DNA of 53,661 nucleotides, counting the filler, from Sphacelaria rigidula (Eukaryota), in NCBI GenBank assembly GCA_964200075.2. It is 4 parts of 4 records of this genome, joined end to end, with 100 filler letters (N's around TTAATTAATTAA, not from the genome) between each part and the next. Parts side by side here need not be neighbours in the genome. Positions count along the whole stretch, not along the records: positions 26,883 to 40,222 come from CAXNAA020002954.1; positions 40,323 to 53,661 come from CAXNAA020002955.1; 2 more parts are not named here. One strand, written 5' to 3'. Made by a program: the position numbers and the translations under genes. The notes below the pieces were generated by a model. The model did no database searches. It saw only the letters and a program-made list of their open reading frames with translations, and was not told the origin of the DNA. Shown in pieces: positions 37,900 to 49,963 of this stretch; position 1 is the first letter of the stretch; every line of letters begins with the position of its first letter.

Positions 37900-38811
37900 T
37901 TGTCAACTTCTCAGAAGTAAGGCAACCCTGAAGACTGGAACTGGGATTTTTCTATGGAACTAACTGAGGTCGAAATTGCTTATTATGATACTGCAGCGAG
38001 GACCCGTCAAAGGTTGCCCATCCTGAAAAAATAGGAACGAGATCTCTTCGTGGGAACGAACTAGGGGCGAAGTCGTAAGGTTACAATTTCGATCTCGGTT
38101 CGTTCCCACAGGAATCTTGTTCCCATTTTTCTGTACAATTTCGACGTCAGCTGTTCGTCCCCATAGGAACTCTCGTTCCCATATTCAGGATGGGCAACCT
38201 TTGACAGGTACTAGGTTGAAACAGCCGATCATCGAAATTGAAGATAGAGCTTTCATTGAGGATGAGAATCCGGAGGATTCGAACCTTCGTATCCACGCCA
38301 AATCTTCGAAATATGGTTCCATTCCTTCACCTAATGGTAGCTATTGACAACTCTCGCACGCCCTAAAAATTTGGATTTTGATAACCGAAATGTTGGGGTC
38401 CTAGACGAAGAAAACAATTTGGGGAATTAAGGGGATCCGATCGGATCGCCGAAATTCTCCGAAATTGGTTCTTCTCCTATGACCTTAACATTCCGGTTAT
38501 CGAAATCCAAATTTGTATGACGTGTAGTACTTGTCAATAGCTACCAGTAGGTGAAGGAATAGAACCATATTTCGAAGATTTGGTGTGGATACGTAGATTT
38601 ATCCTCCGGGTTCTCATCCTCAATGAAAAGCTCCTAATAATTTCGATTATCAGCTGTTTTGAATACCTTACATTTTCGATCTCAGTGCGTCCCATAGGAA
38701 AATCTCGTCATCATTTTTCAGGATGGGCAACCTTAGACTGATACTAGGTTCAACATCAGAAACAATTTCGACCTCAGCTCGTTCCCATCGATCTCGTTTC
38801 AATTTTCTACA
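37900..38811. repeat. Array of direct and inverted repeated units, interrupted by a foldback
   Basis: Unit acaatttcga(t/c)ctc(a/g)g..cgttccca...ttcaggatgggcaacctt.gac recurs in both orientations. Hairpin gtcaaaggttgcccatcctgaa (~38006) / ttcaggatgggcaacctttgac (~38205). Confidence 0.75.
38220..38658. mobile_element. Foldback element, AACAG...CTGTT family (module B), 4-bp TSD TTGA
   Basis: aacagccgat...atcagctgtt with ~200-bp inverted arms; TTGA at 38216-38219 and 38659-38662. Confidence 0.88.
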
Positions 38812-39164
38812 ACCGCTTGTTGACCCAGACTGAGAGCGGTGGGCCATATGTGAATCAGCACCACATCTATTCCTTACTCAAGTGAAAGTAGTGCCGACTC
38901 ACACGTGGGATCGCCGCTGCCGAGTCACAAATGGACCACCGCTCGCGCCACTTGCTTCGCAGAGTGATTTCTCATAACCGGAAAGTGACACTGCTTGGGC
39001 TACCAGCAGCTAATTATTCAGGTCCCAGAAGCACCCCAAGAGAAGAGACCGCGAAAAAGTGAGGGGAGGAAAAAGGAAGAAAAAGGCTAAGTCAGTGAGT
39101 TCACGCGAGTTTGTCGTCAGATGATGATGGGAAAAATTCTGGATCTAACCTCATCCCGAAATGT

Positions 39165-39323
39165 AACCCCAACCCAAGGCATACCGAGAACCACGTGTTG
39201 CTGCGGACGATAGGAGGAGGGTCCAGCCCCGTTGGGCTACAGTCTACCCATGGCTGACACTTTCTATTATTATCGCTAACCCTAACCCTAACCCCAACTC
39301 CAACCTAAGGTATACCGAGAACC
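39165..39323 (+). repeat. Interstitial telomere-like repeat with local direct repeat
   Basis: (CTAACC)3 at 39276-39293; caacc(c/t)aagg(c/t)ataccgagaacc occurs twice. Confidence 0.6.
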
Positions 39324-39892
39324 CTCGGGCAAGGGGGGTGCATAGGGTTCCCTAAGCACAATGTATGTTGGTAGATCTTAAATCAGCGCCCACGGCGCCG
39401 ATTTGAGCGAAAACGCGTCCTGCGCACGCTATTATAGAGCCACACAGGGCCGTCAGCCCCACTCGAGGTCCGATTCTCGTTACTCACACTCAAATCACGT
39501 GATAATATCAACCATGAGGAGTTATCCGCGATTGGATCAACACTGCCGCACGCCGTCAACTTTCGCAGAACAAACATATTTTACCGCTCGCGCCCTCACG
39601 CTTTCATGGGCCCAATTTCGCAGTCCTTATAACAATAACTCAAAAGATCTTCCACGTCGAACTTTGTATGTCTCGTTCGGGCTGCTTGTTGTCACTACAT
39701 GAATATCATGTACCCTATCAATCATATCAACCGCTTTCAATCAAGTAGTAGGTTGTGCTACGTCGTCGTCATCAGTCATTATCCAGAGTTCGGATTTTTT
39801 GCTTCCTAGCATACATACCGCAATTTTTACTGAGCACGTGTCCCGAACATTTCGTGCTTGCTTCTGCATCAATATGCACCATCCACTCTTCT

Positions 39893-40222
39893 AGTCAACC
39901 GAGCAAACCAGCAACGCACTCGCTTCCCGTGTTGTTCACGGGTCCTGGTCCATGGGGAAGGCCTCGGCTATGGTCTGCAAAAAGTCGGGGCGGATCGTGT
40001 TCATTTCGGCCCCGGTTGACATGGCGAAAAACAAAACTGCGTTGATGCCATGGCGAATCCGCTCGAACATACACCATCACCTGAAGTTTGGCAAGGGTCG
40101 TTATGTAAGGAGCAGCGTTGTTACCTCCATCAATCCTCCCCCCGCGCCTCTGGTGAGGCACCCCTGAGGCAGTGTATAAGCTGTGGCTGTCTCTGGAAGT
40201 GCCGATACCAGAAAATAAACCA
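39893..40222 (+). pseudogene. Degenerate copy homologous to ~45780-46100
   Basis: tgaggcagtgtataagctgtggctgtctctggaagtg matches ~46044-46080; PGP.GEG...GADRV versus PGPGEG...GAARV. Confidence 0.5.
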
Positions 40223-40322
40223 NNNNNNNNNNNNNNNNNNNNNNNNNNNNNNNNNNNNNNNNNNNNTTAATTAATTAANNNNNNNNNNNNNNNNNNNNNN
40301 NNNNNNNNNNNNNNNNNNNNNN
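40223..40322. other. Artificial contig spacer
   Basis: 100-nt N block with TTAATTAATTAA. Confidence 0.97.
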
Positions 40323-40378
40323 GATGAGATATTGCTTTTAGAGCTTAAATCCGTTTTTAGGCTGGCCCAGCTCGTATG
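40323..40378 (+). repeat. Dispersed repeat (second copy 50101-50157)
   Basis: ga.gagatattgcttt.agagcttaaatccgt.t.taggctggc.cagct.gtatg at both sites. Confidence 0.8.
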
Positions 40379-40942
40379 GCTTGGAAAAAAAAAATCCTTC
40401 GAAACGGTTTTGGGTCCTCTCGGTCGTTCTACTGCCGCTATACTAGGCGGATGTGGACACCCGGGAATGACTTGCTTCATGTCGTGCTCCCAGTTTTCCC
40501 ATCACTTGGCCGTTTGTTATCGAAAACGCAAGTCCGTCCAAAAATAAAACGAAAGGTTGCCCTAGAATCATCTCAACTGCTAGAGCAAGTCATTGCAAGG
40601 TGTCAACATCCGCCAAGCCCTCGTTTCGGGTGTAAAATGACGGAGACGGGCCCAAAAGGCAGTTTTCAATACTCCCCCACCCCAAACTCAAGAGAATTGG
40701 TGTACAAATATGGAAAATACTCTACCCAAATAATACCCACCAGAAGACAGTTTTAGCATGTGACCACGGAAGGGTCCGCATCAGATGCTCAGTATGGAAG
40801 TAGAGGTACTGCGCAGATGTATCAGAACGTTTTTTCATGTGAAGATAGCAACAATCCAACGAAGGTTGGTGATAAATAATGTGACCTATCCATGCCAGAT
40901 CTACAATAACAGCATGTGCGCTTCTTACTCACTCGTACGTAG

Positions 40943-43900
40943 CTCCAATTGAAAGAGCACGTTGACAAGATTCGTGACAGGTTGTTCGATGTTGCAACCA
41001 CTGCTGTTGTAGATAAAGCAAGGGTGAGGTATATATTGAAACATCCCTCGAAAAAGGGCACAGGGCGCACGAGACAAATGAACACCGAACATCGGTACAC
41101 CCTAGAGATGTACGGCACAACGGTTCGTTCACTGCACGGCCTTTTACGGGGTGACTGGGGGTGGGCGGGGCGGCGGGAATCGAAAAGAGGGCAGCGTCAA
41201 CTACCCCACTTCCTACGCTGCATATTGTAGGTTTTGCGATATAATCCACTCGTGCAACAGCAGTTACTGTACTGTTTTTGTGTTTCGCTGTACGATTGTA
41301 ACTGTAATTTTTCTCCCGGACAGAATGATTTGTACGCGATATTTGAACTTTTGAACGTTCGGATCCTCCTGTACTCGACTGCTCGGGAGCAGACAGTATT
41401 AAACTGACTGTAACTGTCCTACTGTACACCGTCATATTGCATACATTTTGACAGAACACCGCGCCACCGATGTACCCCCTGCCCCTCAAGAAAAAGAGAA
41501 AATCGTCTGTCAACATTGCATATTAGGCAACTCCTCGACACCAACGCATGGAAGTATAGTGTGGGCGGGATGGGTAGGAGGGCGAAACGGCAGATGACAC
41601 CATCCATCACAGTACAAACGGATCGTTGCCGATGGTAACAGCACAGGGTGTGACATGTTCCCATACTGGGAGACGAACCGTCGTTTCAGGGACATGGCAA
41701 CCCAGGCCAACCGTGTTATTGGGGCGCAACGAGCGACACAAACACGCATACAGGATTCCCAGCTGAATAAGCACCATCACTAGCCAGCTACAGTACGGTG
41801 CAACGCGCTGCATCTCTTTATGCACTGCTCTCCCAAGTTCTCCGCGAAAACGCATCCCCCGGTCACAACGCAACATACATACGACGACGAAACCAACCTT
41901 CGGAGGCATCTCGTCGGCCCGTGCGAAACAAACCCAGCGGCTGGTAAAACCAGGATACCACCAAAGCATACCGCTAGTCGCATGTAGTTCATCTGGATGT
42001 CCAGCCCCTGGTTTGTCCTGCGCAGCTGCGAGTGCGCTGTTGAGTGATCGTCACGTAGGTACTACCCGTTTCATGTGCTGCCCTCTGGTGGCTGTGATAC
42101 TTTTCTAGGCAACGTTGTATAACACCCCTTTGAGGTGGATTTTCTTGAGTTTTTCAGCCTCGAGCTTCTCGGAAAGCTTGCGTCCGTATACATAATATAA
42201 TAAATGATTATTTCTATTTCAAATATCAATGAAATGGATCCCATGCGAATGTAGCTTTCTCTTCTCGATAGCGTCGAGGTTCAATAAGATCTGACTGAAG
42301 GGTGTTATACCCCGTCATTCACGCAGCGTTACGCCGGGAAACGTTTTTATTATTATTTTACACGCCTCCGCGGTGAAAAATGGTGGATGATGGCAAATGT
42401 CCTGATTTCACAAGGATGATCCGCACCAGCTGTGCATGCAGCAGCGACCCAGACAGCATCGCTCAGGCGGAGGGAGCATGCGCGTGGAGGATTAAAGCAT
42501 GTCGATATATAGATATGCAAAATCTCTTGCAGATTTCAATGATAAGAGTGCTCTATGCCGGGAGTTATAGCAGAAACCGTCCTCCCCAGGGTGAACACCC
42601 CCCCACCCTGTGAAACCTGACCTCCGGTGTTGTGGGAGAGCACTGCGCTCGCGTAACACCACCGGCAGGGACACAGAGAACGATTTGAGAATCTTCATAA
42701 AGCAATAGTTTCAGTGCAAAAAGATTTACTGAAATCCATTCATGTAGAAGATGAAACGAGTTGACTAAAGTTTGAAAAGTTTGAATTTTGCTCCGCACTA
42801 GCACATACATGGGTGCTGCAGACTGCCCCCTTTCCGTTGTACAACCTGTTAATCCCAGAACAGTGAAGCCCCGCACAGTAGACATTACCATGCACCCCAG
42901 CGCAGCACAGAACAGCACAACTGCATGCAACGAAGTGCAGTGCAGCACAGAGTATTGTACAGTCTGTGCAGTGTTATGTTCGGGTATGAACTGCGGCGGC
43001 TGGCAGAAAAAACACTGCGCACAGTACTACTGTAGTACGTAGATGGCGGTCGTGACCATGCATCAAGATTCACGACGTTGCGACATGCGGCCCTGGGAAA
43101 TGTGTTATTCGGGGGGTTGTATGCTCGATGGAGAAAGGTACCACACGCGCCTGGTGCCCTTGAAGGCGCAACGATCGCACGGTGGAAACGTGCACCCGGG
43201 TTCCAACGACGACCAACGTGGAGGAAGATCAACGGAGTGTACAGAGCACGGCAGGTGTCGAGAAACTCTTATCTAGAGCGAGGCTCGGCGTCTTCTTTTC
43301 TCTCCGAATCAAGCAGAAATGCCGAAATACACTTTTTTTGTTCGACGAGGTGCAAAACGCCGGATGATTCAGTTTCAAATTCTTGTTTCGCACAAGCATA
43401 GGAGTAGCGGGCATCCAAGGTACCCCCCCTACTCTTATCCTCTGCCAGAAGGGATTGCAGGATCAGTACTTTACCGTGCGCTAGCAGTAAGCAAGCAGTA
43501 CGTGAACCATTCTTGTTCCTGTAGACAAAATCGGAACAAAATACAGTACAGTATTATAGGAGTTTGGTATAGATTGTCATTATCCATGGGGTATCTCAGT
43601 AGAGATCAGTGTTGTCTGCCAGCTTAAGAGAGGAGGCAGTGTCGCTGGGGGGCTGATGTACCCATGGCGGTTGTGAAGGCAGGTTCTTATTATCCTGAGG
43701 TGCAGTTCATTGTTGCAGATTTCTACCTGTCGACCCCCTTGCACTTTCCGACTTCCTATTCTTATTTTCCCCTTGAGTTCACCACGAATGCTTACCAGTA
43801 AATCCTTAAATTCACAAAAAAAAACGGACCTGAAATTATTACCTACGAAATGTTAACCATATGTCGCTCCTGTAATCGTACATAAATTTTGAGTTGGGAA

Positions 43901-46482
43901 GTTGGACATGACAACAATACGATACGATGATCGAATGCGGCGACCATGACAGATGATGATGCGGCAAGGAAAACTCCGTTGTCAGTGGACCTCGCAGCAC
44001 GAGAACCGCAACGTTGGAGGCACCTGGAATCAAAAGCATTGATGTGCAATCCTACCCCACCCACCCCGGGCTCATTCGCTGACCGTAAATGCGGAAGATC
44101 CCCAAGACTCGCAAATGGGATGCGACGTCTGGAGCACTTATCAGACGCCAGTCGGGGCAGTCCGAACGTGAGATACGGCACCGCAATCGATCTCGAGGTA
44201 AGAGCGCCACAACGCACTTGATGCAGTAATACCGGGGGAAGAGTAAGTGCTAAAGATCGCGGGCACCTGACTACATTACACTCGTTCCCGCTGATGAATG
44301 TCGGTTTTGAACGGAATTGAGTATGCATACATTTCGGAATGACATCCTGTCCCATGAACACGCGACTCCTATGCTCGCATAAAAAAATCCCACACGGCTA
44401 ACACATTGTGCCCATCTATCGTTATTCCGTATCCTCCGGACAGGTTGTGAAGTGCCTGCACCATTCCCAGCGCCATCCCATCCCACATATGCCACATCCG
44501 CGGTTGACAGCGGATCTCGACCGGCCCACTCCGAACGTGCAGCGCCGGTGGGAAATCTGAGGGACATCGCCGGGGGTCACGCCGGCGAAGTGGGCGCAGT
44601 GCGAGAGCGGCTGAGCCCCCCATCATATGGAAAAGAGACGGCGGCTGTACTGTTCTCTGCCTCGGAGGCGTCAATAGCATCTACCGATGACGCATCTGTA
44701 GAAAATCAGGGGTCGGCGGAAGGGTGCATCAACCGTCGGAGTGCAGAGCGTAAGGATCTTGAGTGTCGATCGGGGAAGGCGCGACTTGTGGAATGTCGAC
44801 TGCTTCGGCGTCCGAAAACAGCACGCGGGAGGTATCGTCGTGGAATCCGCTGGCGGTACCTTCTAAGGACGTCGGGTTTTGCCACCCCAACACTGGAACA
44901 GCTGCCGGCGGTAGGCTCGTCGAGGTGCAGAATTCAATTCCGTATTTCAAGGCGAAGAAAAGACGTACCCCGCCCACGTCCGGCAGAGGCACACCCCCGC
45001 ATGCTCAGGAACGAAGATAGAGACGAAAGACGACGGCGAAAAATCACCCGGAGGTGATAGCGCATGGGGAGCATCGGGTGAACAACAGAAGGCTGTATTG
45101 CAGCACAGAAATGGGGTGAAGGAAAATCAACTCGTGGTACAACACTCTCCCGGTGAAACACCAACATCCGCATCCCCCGACAAAGCAGAACGAGGTCCGG
45201 TTCCAGGGTCACCGGGAGAGTATTCTACTCCATCGGGACAAAGTAACAAGCGACCAGGCTCACCGTAGTCGTCGACACCAACAACTTCGGTCTCATCAGC
45301 GTCAAAACCGAAACAGAAGAGTAAGAAGAAGAAAAAGGAGGGTACCGTTGTTGCCACCCCCGGGATCGACGCAGGGACGACTGAAGGTGTCAACACCTTA
45401 TCTGCGGCGGGTTCGGGACGAGAGGAAGTAGCGCCGGGGCCAATGAACGGGGCTGCCAACGAGGTTATAAGAAGTCCCAAGCACCGGTCACGACAATCCG
45501 ATGCTGATCGTGGTGAACGTAGCGCGCGCGGTGCGAGAGGGAGGATGTCAACGCGTCGCCGTAGTTCTCAAGGTCCCCCCGGAAATCGTGATAGCTGCAG
45601 GAGGGATATTTCCGCGCCGGTGAGATTTGACCCGGTTATTTCTAAAAGGGGGCTTGGAAAACCTAAGCGGGACGTGGTCGCGATGTGTGTGGCATGCAGG
45701 TCCCACTCGTCGACGGCGCATGCAAGGATTGTTGTCCTCGCGGTCGGATACACGATCCGGTATCGCGGCTGTGCTTCGCGTGCCATCGACCAGGTCCCGG
45801 CGAAGGCAACATCTGGCATCATCTAGGCGCGGCGCGAGTACCTGAGCCCCGGCTGCGCTTCTGCAGAACTACCAGCCCAGTTCAGATTGCTTATGCACTC
45901 GGCCTGATTATTTGCTGCGCTCCCTTGAGCGACACAAGGTTGGGAGTGATGGACGGAAGACAAAGTTCGTCCGTCCGCCTTGCTCCACACCGCCGACCGT
46001 TGGCTCAACCTCCCCCCCCCTGCCCCAGCCGGTTAGACACCAATGAGGCAGTGTATGAGCCGTGGCTGTCTCTGGAAGTGGCAATACCTCAGAACAAAGC
46101 AACGCATCGGAGGCTGTCATCCAAATGCAAGATAACCAGTAGGCTTCGGGCCTAACAGTGTTAGCAGGATGCAGTTCACCCTTCATGCGACTCGCCGAAC
46201 ACACCACGGCGCTACACAGTTGGCGATTTGAGTGCAAGCCTGGTCCGGCGACAACCCGGCGTGCTCCGTCCCGGCTTTGTAGGGATGCGAGGCCAATGGT
46301 CTTATGACTATGGCATGCATGATCATGAGTACACCCCTACCCCTGCCGAGCCGGAGTTCGTTGCAGAAGCACGCCGTAAAGTAAATCAGATTCCGAGTGC
46401 AGCGGGTTGGAGGGAGAGGATTCGGTATCGGAAGCGGGTATCGGAAGCGGGCAAAGACCATGACGATGAATTCGCGTTTTGA
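40943..46482 (+). pseudogene. Degenerate multi-exon gene of unknown function (low-complexity S/P/K-rich, Cys-rich segment)
   Basis: Exon-like blocks 40943-41023, 43043-43254, 43953-44197, ~44444-45940 and 46228-46482, most with AG/GT borders. Phase conflicts and an in-frame TAG near 45266 occur in the long block. Confidence 0.4.
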
Positions 46483-47870
46483 TCTGATCTGTAGAGAAAG
46501 TTGAAGACATGTATCGTGTAGATAGATTGCGCAGGTGTATATGTAACCGTGGCTGTTGTTGTCTCCTCCTCTAGGTTTTGAGAGCCCGTTCCTTGCGTTG
46601 GTAGGAAAGGTTTGTCGTGCTTGGTGTGGTGCGCCCTTGGGTGCACATCAATACGGCGAGTAATCCGGCGATGCCCTTGTGGGCGAATCGCGGGTTGAAC
46701 GTGAAAACAAGCATTGAGAGTGATCAAACGATTCAGAAAACATAATCGGATGGGAGATATGGATTTGCACTTGACGTCTTCGAGTACTGTGCGACCCGGC
46801 CACCGCACGCGCATCGACTCCAGGAGTTAGGCTGTGTCCAATTGCACAGCGGGCGAAGCGCCAGGCATCGTTGGTAAAACCGATCGCTGTCGATAATCAA
46901 AATTGGGAATGCAGTTTTTCAATCAGGATGACTACCCGGAATATTAAAATGTTGTTATCTACACCAATTCTTCGACCCCTTGTTGCATTCGTTCACGTAT
47001 TGGCAGCCATTGGTAAGAACTGCATGCCAAACCGTTGTGGATGCGAAGAATCGAAACTTTCAGGTCCAAGGTGAATAGGCGATGTTGGGGAATGTAGGCG
47101 ATCCTTATGCATCACATACGTTATCCATATATGTATATATTATCTAAGGGGCCCGAACTTCGGTAATCGAAACCCAGAATTGCACGGCGTGCAGTGTTTA
47201 TCGATGACTACCGGTGGGCGAAGGGATGCAACAATATTTCCAATTATTTGTGTGGATTCGATAATGTCAGCTTTCGGTTATCATCCTCAATAAATAGGTC
47301 TACCGTCAATTTTGATGACCTAATGTTCAATGTGCTGAACGCTAGAGAGACGACGTCGGATGATGCTTCTTCTCGCTTTCTACGTGCTACGTTCTTACCG
47401 ACATTCCGCCTGCACCACACCGGACAGTGGGTTTGACCACCTATTCTTCAAAGCAAATACCGACACCATTTCAGCGGTACCACTCTTTTGATTCCGAACG
47501 CTCACGGTCTCGCGGACGACATAGCGAGTCGGCGGGGTGTGACCGTGCGTTACACGTTGCACGGCCATCCCGCAAGCACGCTTCATGCGCCATCCCAGAG
47601 ACAACGGCATGCACATGTGTCTAACGTAGCTCCTACTGGCGGGCATTATTGGTTGTTGCATGCATGTTTGCGGAAAATATATCCCCAATATATATACGTG
47701 GAGTGGTGCTACGGTATTGGGGCGCACAAGCATGTTCCGAGCGTCGAATTATTACGTGCCCTCTATCGCATCCAAACCACCAGTAATAATAAGGTTTTCG
47801 CGAGTTCGAAAGTCTGGCGTTGATTGGGATTTCGTTTTCTATACTTCACTCCAAATTGTCCATTTTTTCT

Positions 47871-48312
47871 CATTGGGTTTTACTAACTGGGGATGGATTT
47901 TTTGTTTAGGATAAAAACTCAGAGAATCAAAATCTTCGTATCCACACCAAATTCTCTAAAATAGAGTTCCACTCCATCACCTTCTGGTAGCTATTGATAG
48001 GTGGTACACGCCAAACAAATTTGGATTTCGATAACCGATATGTCGGGGTCCTGGGTGAAGAACCAATTTTGGGGATTTTCGGCGATCTGATCGGATCATC
48101 TCGATTCCCCTAAATTATTTCTTCACGCATGACTCGAACATGTCGGTTATTACGATCCAAATCTGTATTAGGTGTATTAGTTGTCAATAGCTACCAGTAG
48201 GTGATGGAGTGATACACTATTTCGGAGATTTGGTGTGGATATGAAGATTTGAGTTCTCCGAGTTCTTATCCTAAACAAGAAACCCATCCCCAATAATTTG
48301 TGAAATCCCATG
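47871..48312. mobile_element. Foldback element (module B copy)
   Basis: atcttcgtatccacaccaaa...ggtagctattga...atttggatttcgataaccga and its reverse complement; homologous to 38220-38658. Confidence 0.85.
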
Positions 48313-49166
48313 TTCATATTTGTGTGTGTATGTGTGTGTCCGTTTTTCACGTCAATACATTCTTCACATGCATCAAAGGCTTCATGGCAACCTGCTACAG
48401 AAAGCGTTTTGGTCCTCATATAAGGCCCGGCAGAGCATCTCGGAATCGAAATCATTCCGTTTCTTGATCGGCCGATTCTCACTCTTGGTCGTGTCTCAGA
48501 GTGCCAAGCTCGCGAAAACATATTGCATTATGTAATTTATGTGAGCACGTCACGATCAGCATTTTCGAGGGCTCGGGATATCCGGATTACATCATGACAC
48601 AGGAATAACCTGACCCATAATCTTGTGTTACTCCTGGCCTCAGGAGACCCTGAATGATGAGGATTTGTGACCAAATGTGCATCCCTCATCGTAGCATGAA
48701 CCAAAACCAACTGAATGCGGCGCAATCACTCACCGCTCAATTTGGATACCACCTATGACCTATTTCACATGTTCTAACACCCCTCACCGAGATGGCAATA
48801 TCTCGGTACACACAGCAGATCCAGAGACAAATCAACTTGCCTTGTGTAGATAAAACGTATTATGCCTATTAGCCCCATAGTTTCTGGCTGCGCGGACCCC
48901 TGTGGCAAATGAAAGAATGGGGGTAAAGCGAAGGTATTCTGCGGCAAATACTGCACGATTCCGACCCACAATCGAAGAATTCTCAGGCTTGAACAACGGC
49001 TATAATAGTAGTTAGTTCTCACACCCTGCAGAGTTTCAGCTTGCAGACATCTGCACAGTACAAAATCAGTAATCTCCGCTTGCATGTCCGAGGGATGTGT
49101 TGGAAAATGACTTTTTCGCTTGTACAAAAAGGAACTACTTTTTTTCGGGATATCCATCGCTGGTTC

Positions 49167-49963
49167 GTGAATCCTAGAAATGAGGTTGATACAAAATATG
49201 GGCTTGAAGTGGCATTTTTTTTTTGCAGGGAAGACGCAAAACACTAGCGACCTAGCGAAGCCATCTTCCGCAGCAGGCGAGCAGCTGTGGCTAGGTGCAC
49301 CTAACGAATGCGGTGCACACGCGTGTCGATGACGATATCGCCAGAGAGAGAAGCACCGGCAAAGAGGGTGAGAAACCCGGAGGATTACAATCTTCGTATC
49401 CACACCACATCTTCGGAATACGGTTCCATTTCTTCACCTACTGATAGCTATTGAAAACTGCTACACGCCATAGAAATTTGGATTTCGATCACCGAAATGT
49501 TGGGGTCCTACGTGAAAAACCATTTTTGGGGAATTCCGGGTGTCCGAACGGACGCAAAAACTATTCCGGAATTGTTTTTCTTCACCTAGGACCTCAACAT
49601 TTCGGTGATCGAAATCCAAACCTCCATGACCTGTAGCAGTTGTCAATAGCTATCAGTAGGTGAAGAAATGGAACCGTATTTCGAAGATTTGGTGTGGATA
49701 CGAAGATTTTAACCCTCCGGTTTTCCTATCCCCAATAAAAGATCCATCCGCAAGTTGTAAGATCCCGTGTTGAATGCCGAGCGGGGAAACACAATGGACG
49801 CGGGCGAGGAGCTTCCTCTCTGTCGTTGCTTCTCTCTCTGGTGATATCNNNNNNNNNNAGATGGCTTCGCTAGGTCGCTAGTGTTTCGTGTGTTCCCTGC
49901 AAAACAGAAATGCCACTTCAACCCTATATTTTGTATCAACCCCATTTTCTAGGATTCACTGTT
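49167..49963. mobile_element. ~800-bp composite foldback: module-A-like termini around a module B core
   Basis: Outer arms gtgaatcctagaaatgaggttgatacaaaata...cactagcgacctagcgaagccatct and the reverse complement ending ggattcactgtt; B core ~49367-49735. Confidence 0.85.

Noticed and set aside
48774..49403. 209-aa minus-strand ORF
   Set aside because: It starts inside a foldback repeat and shows no protein-like motif.
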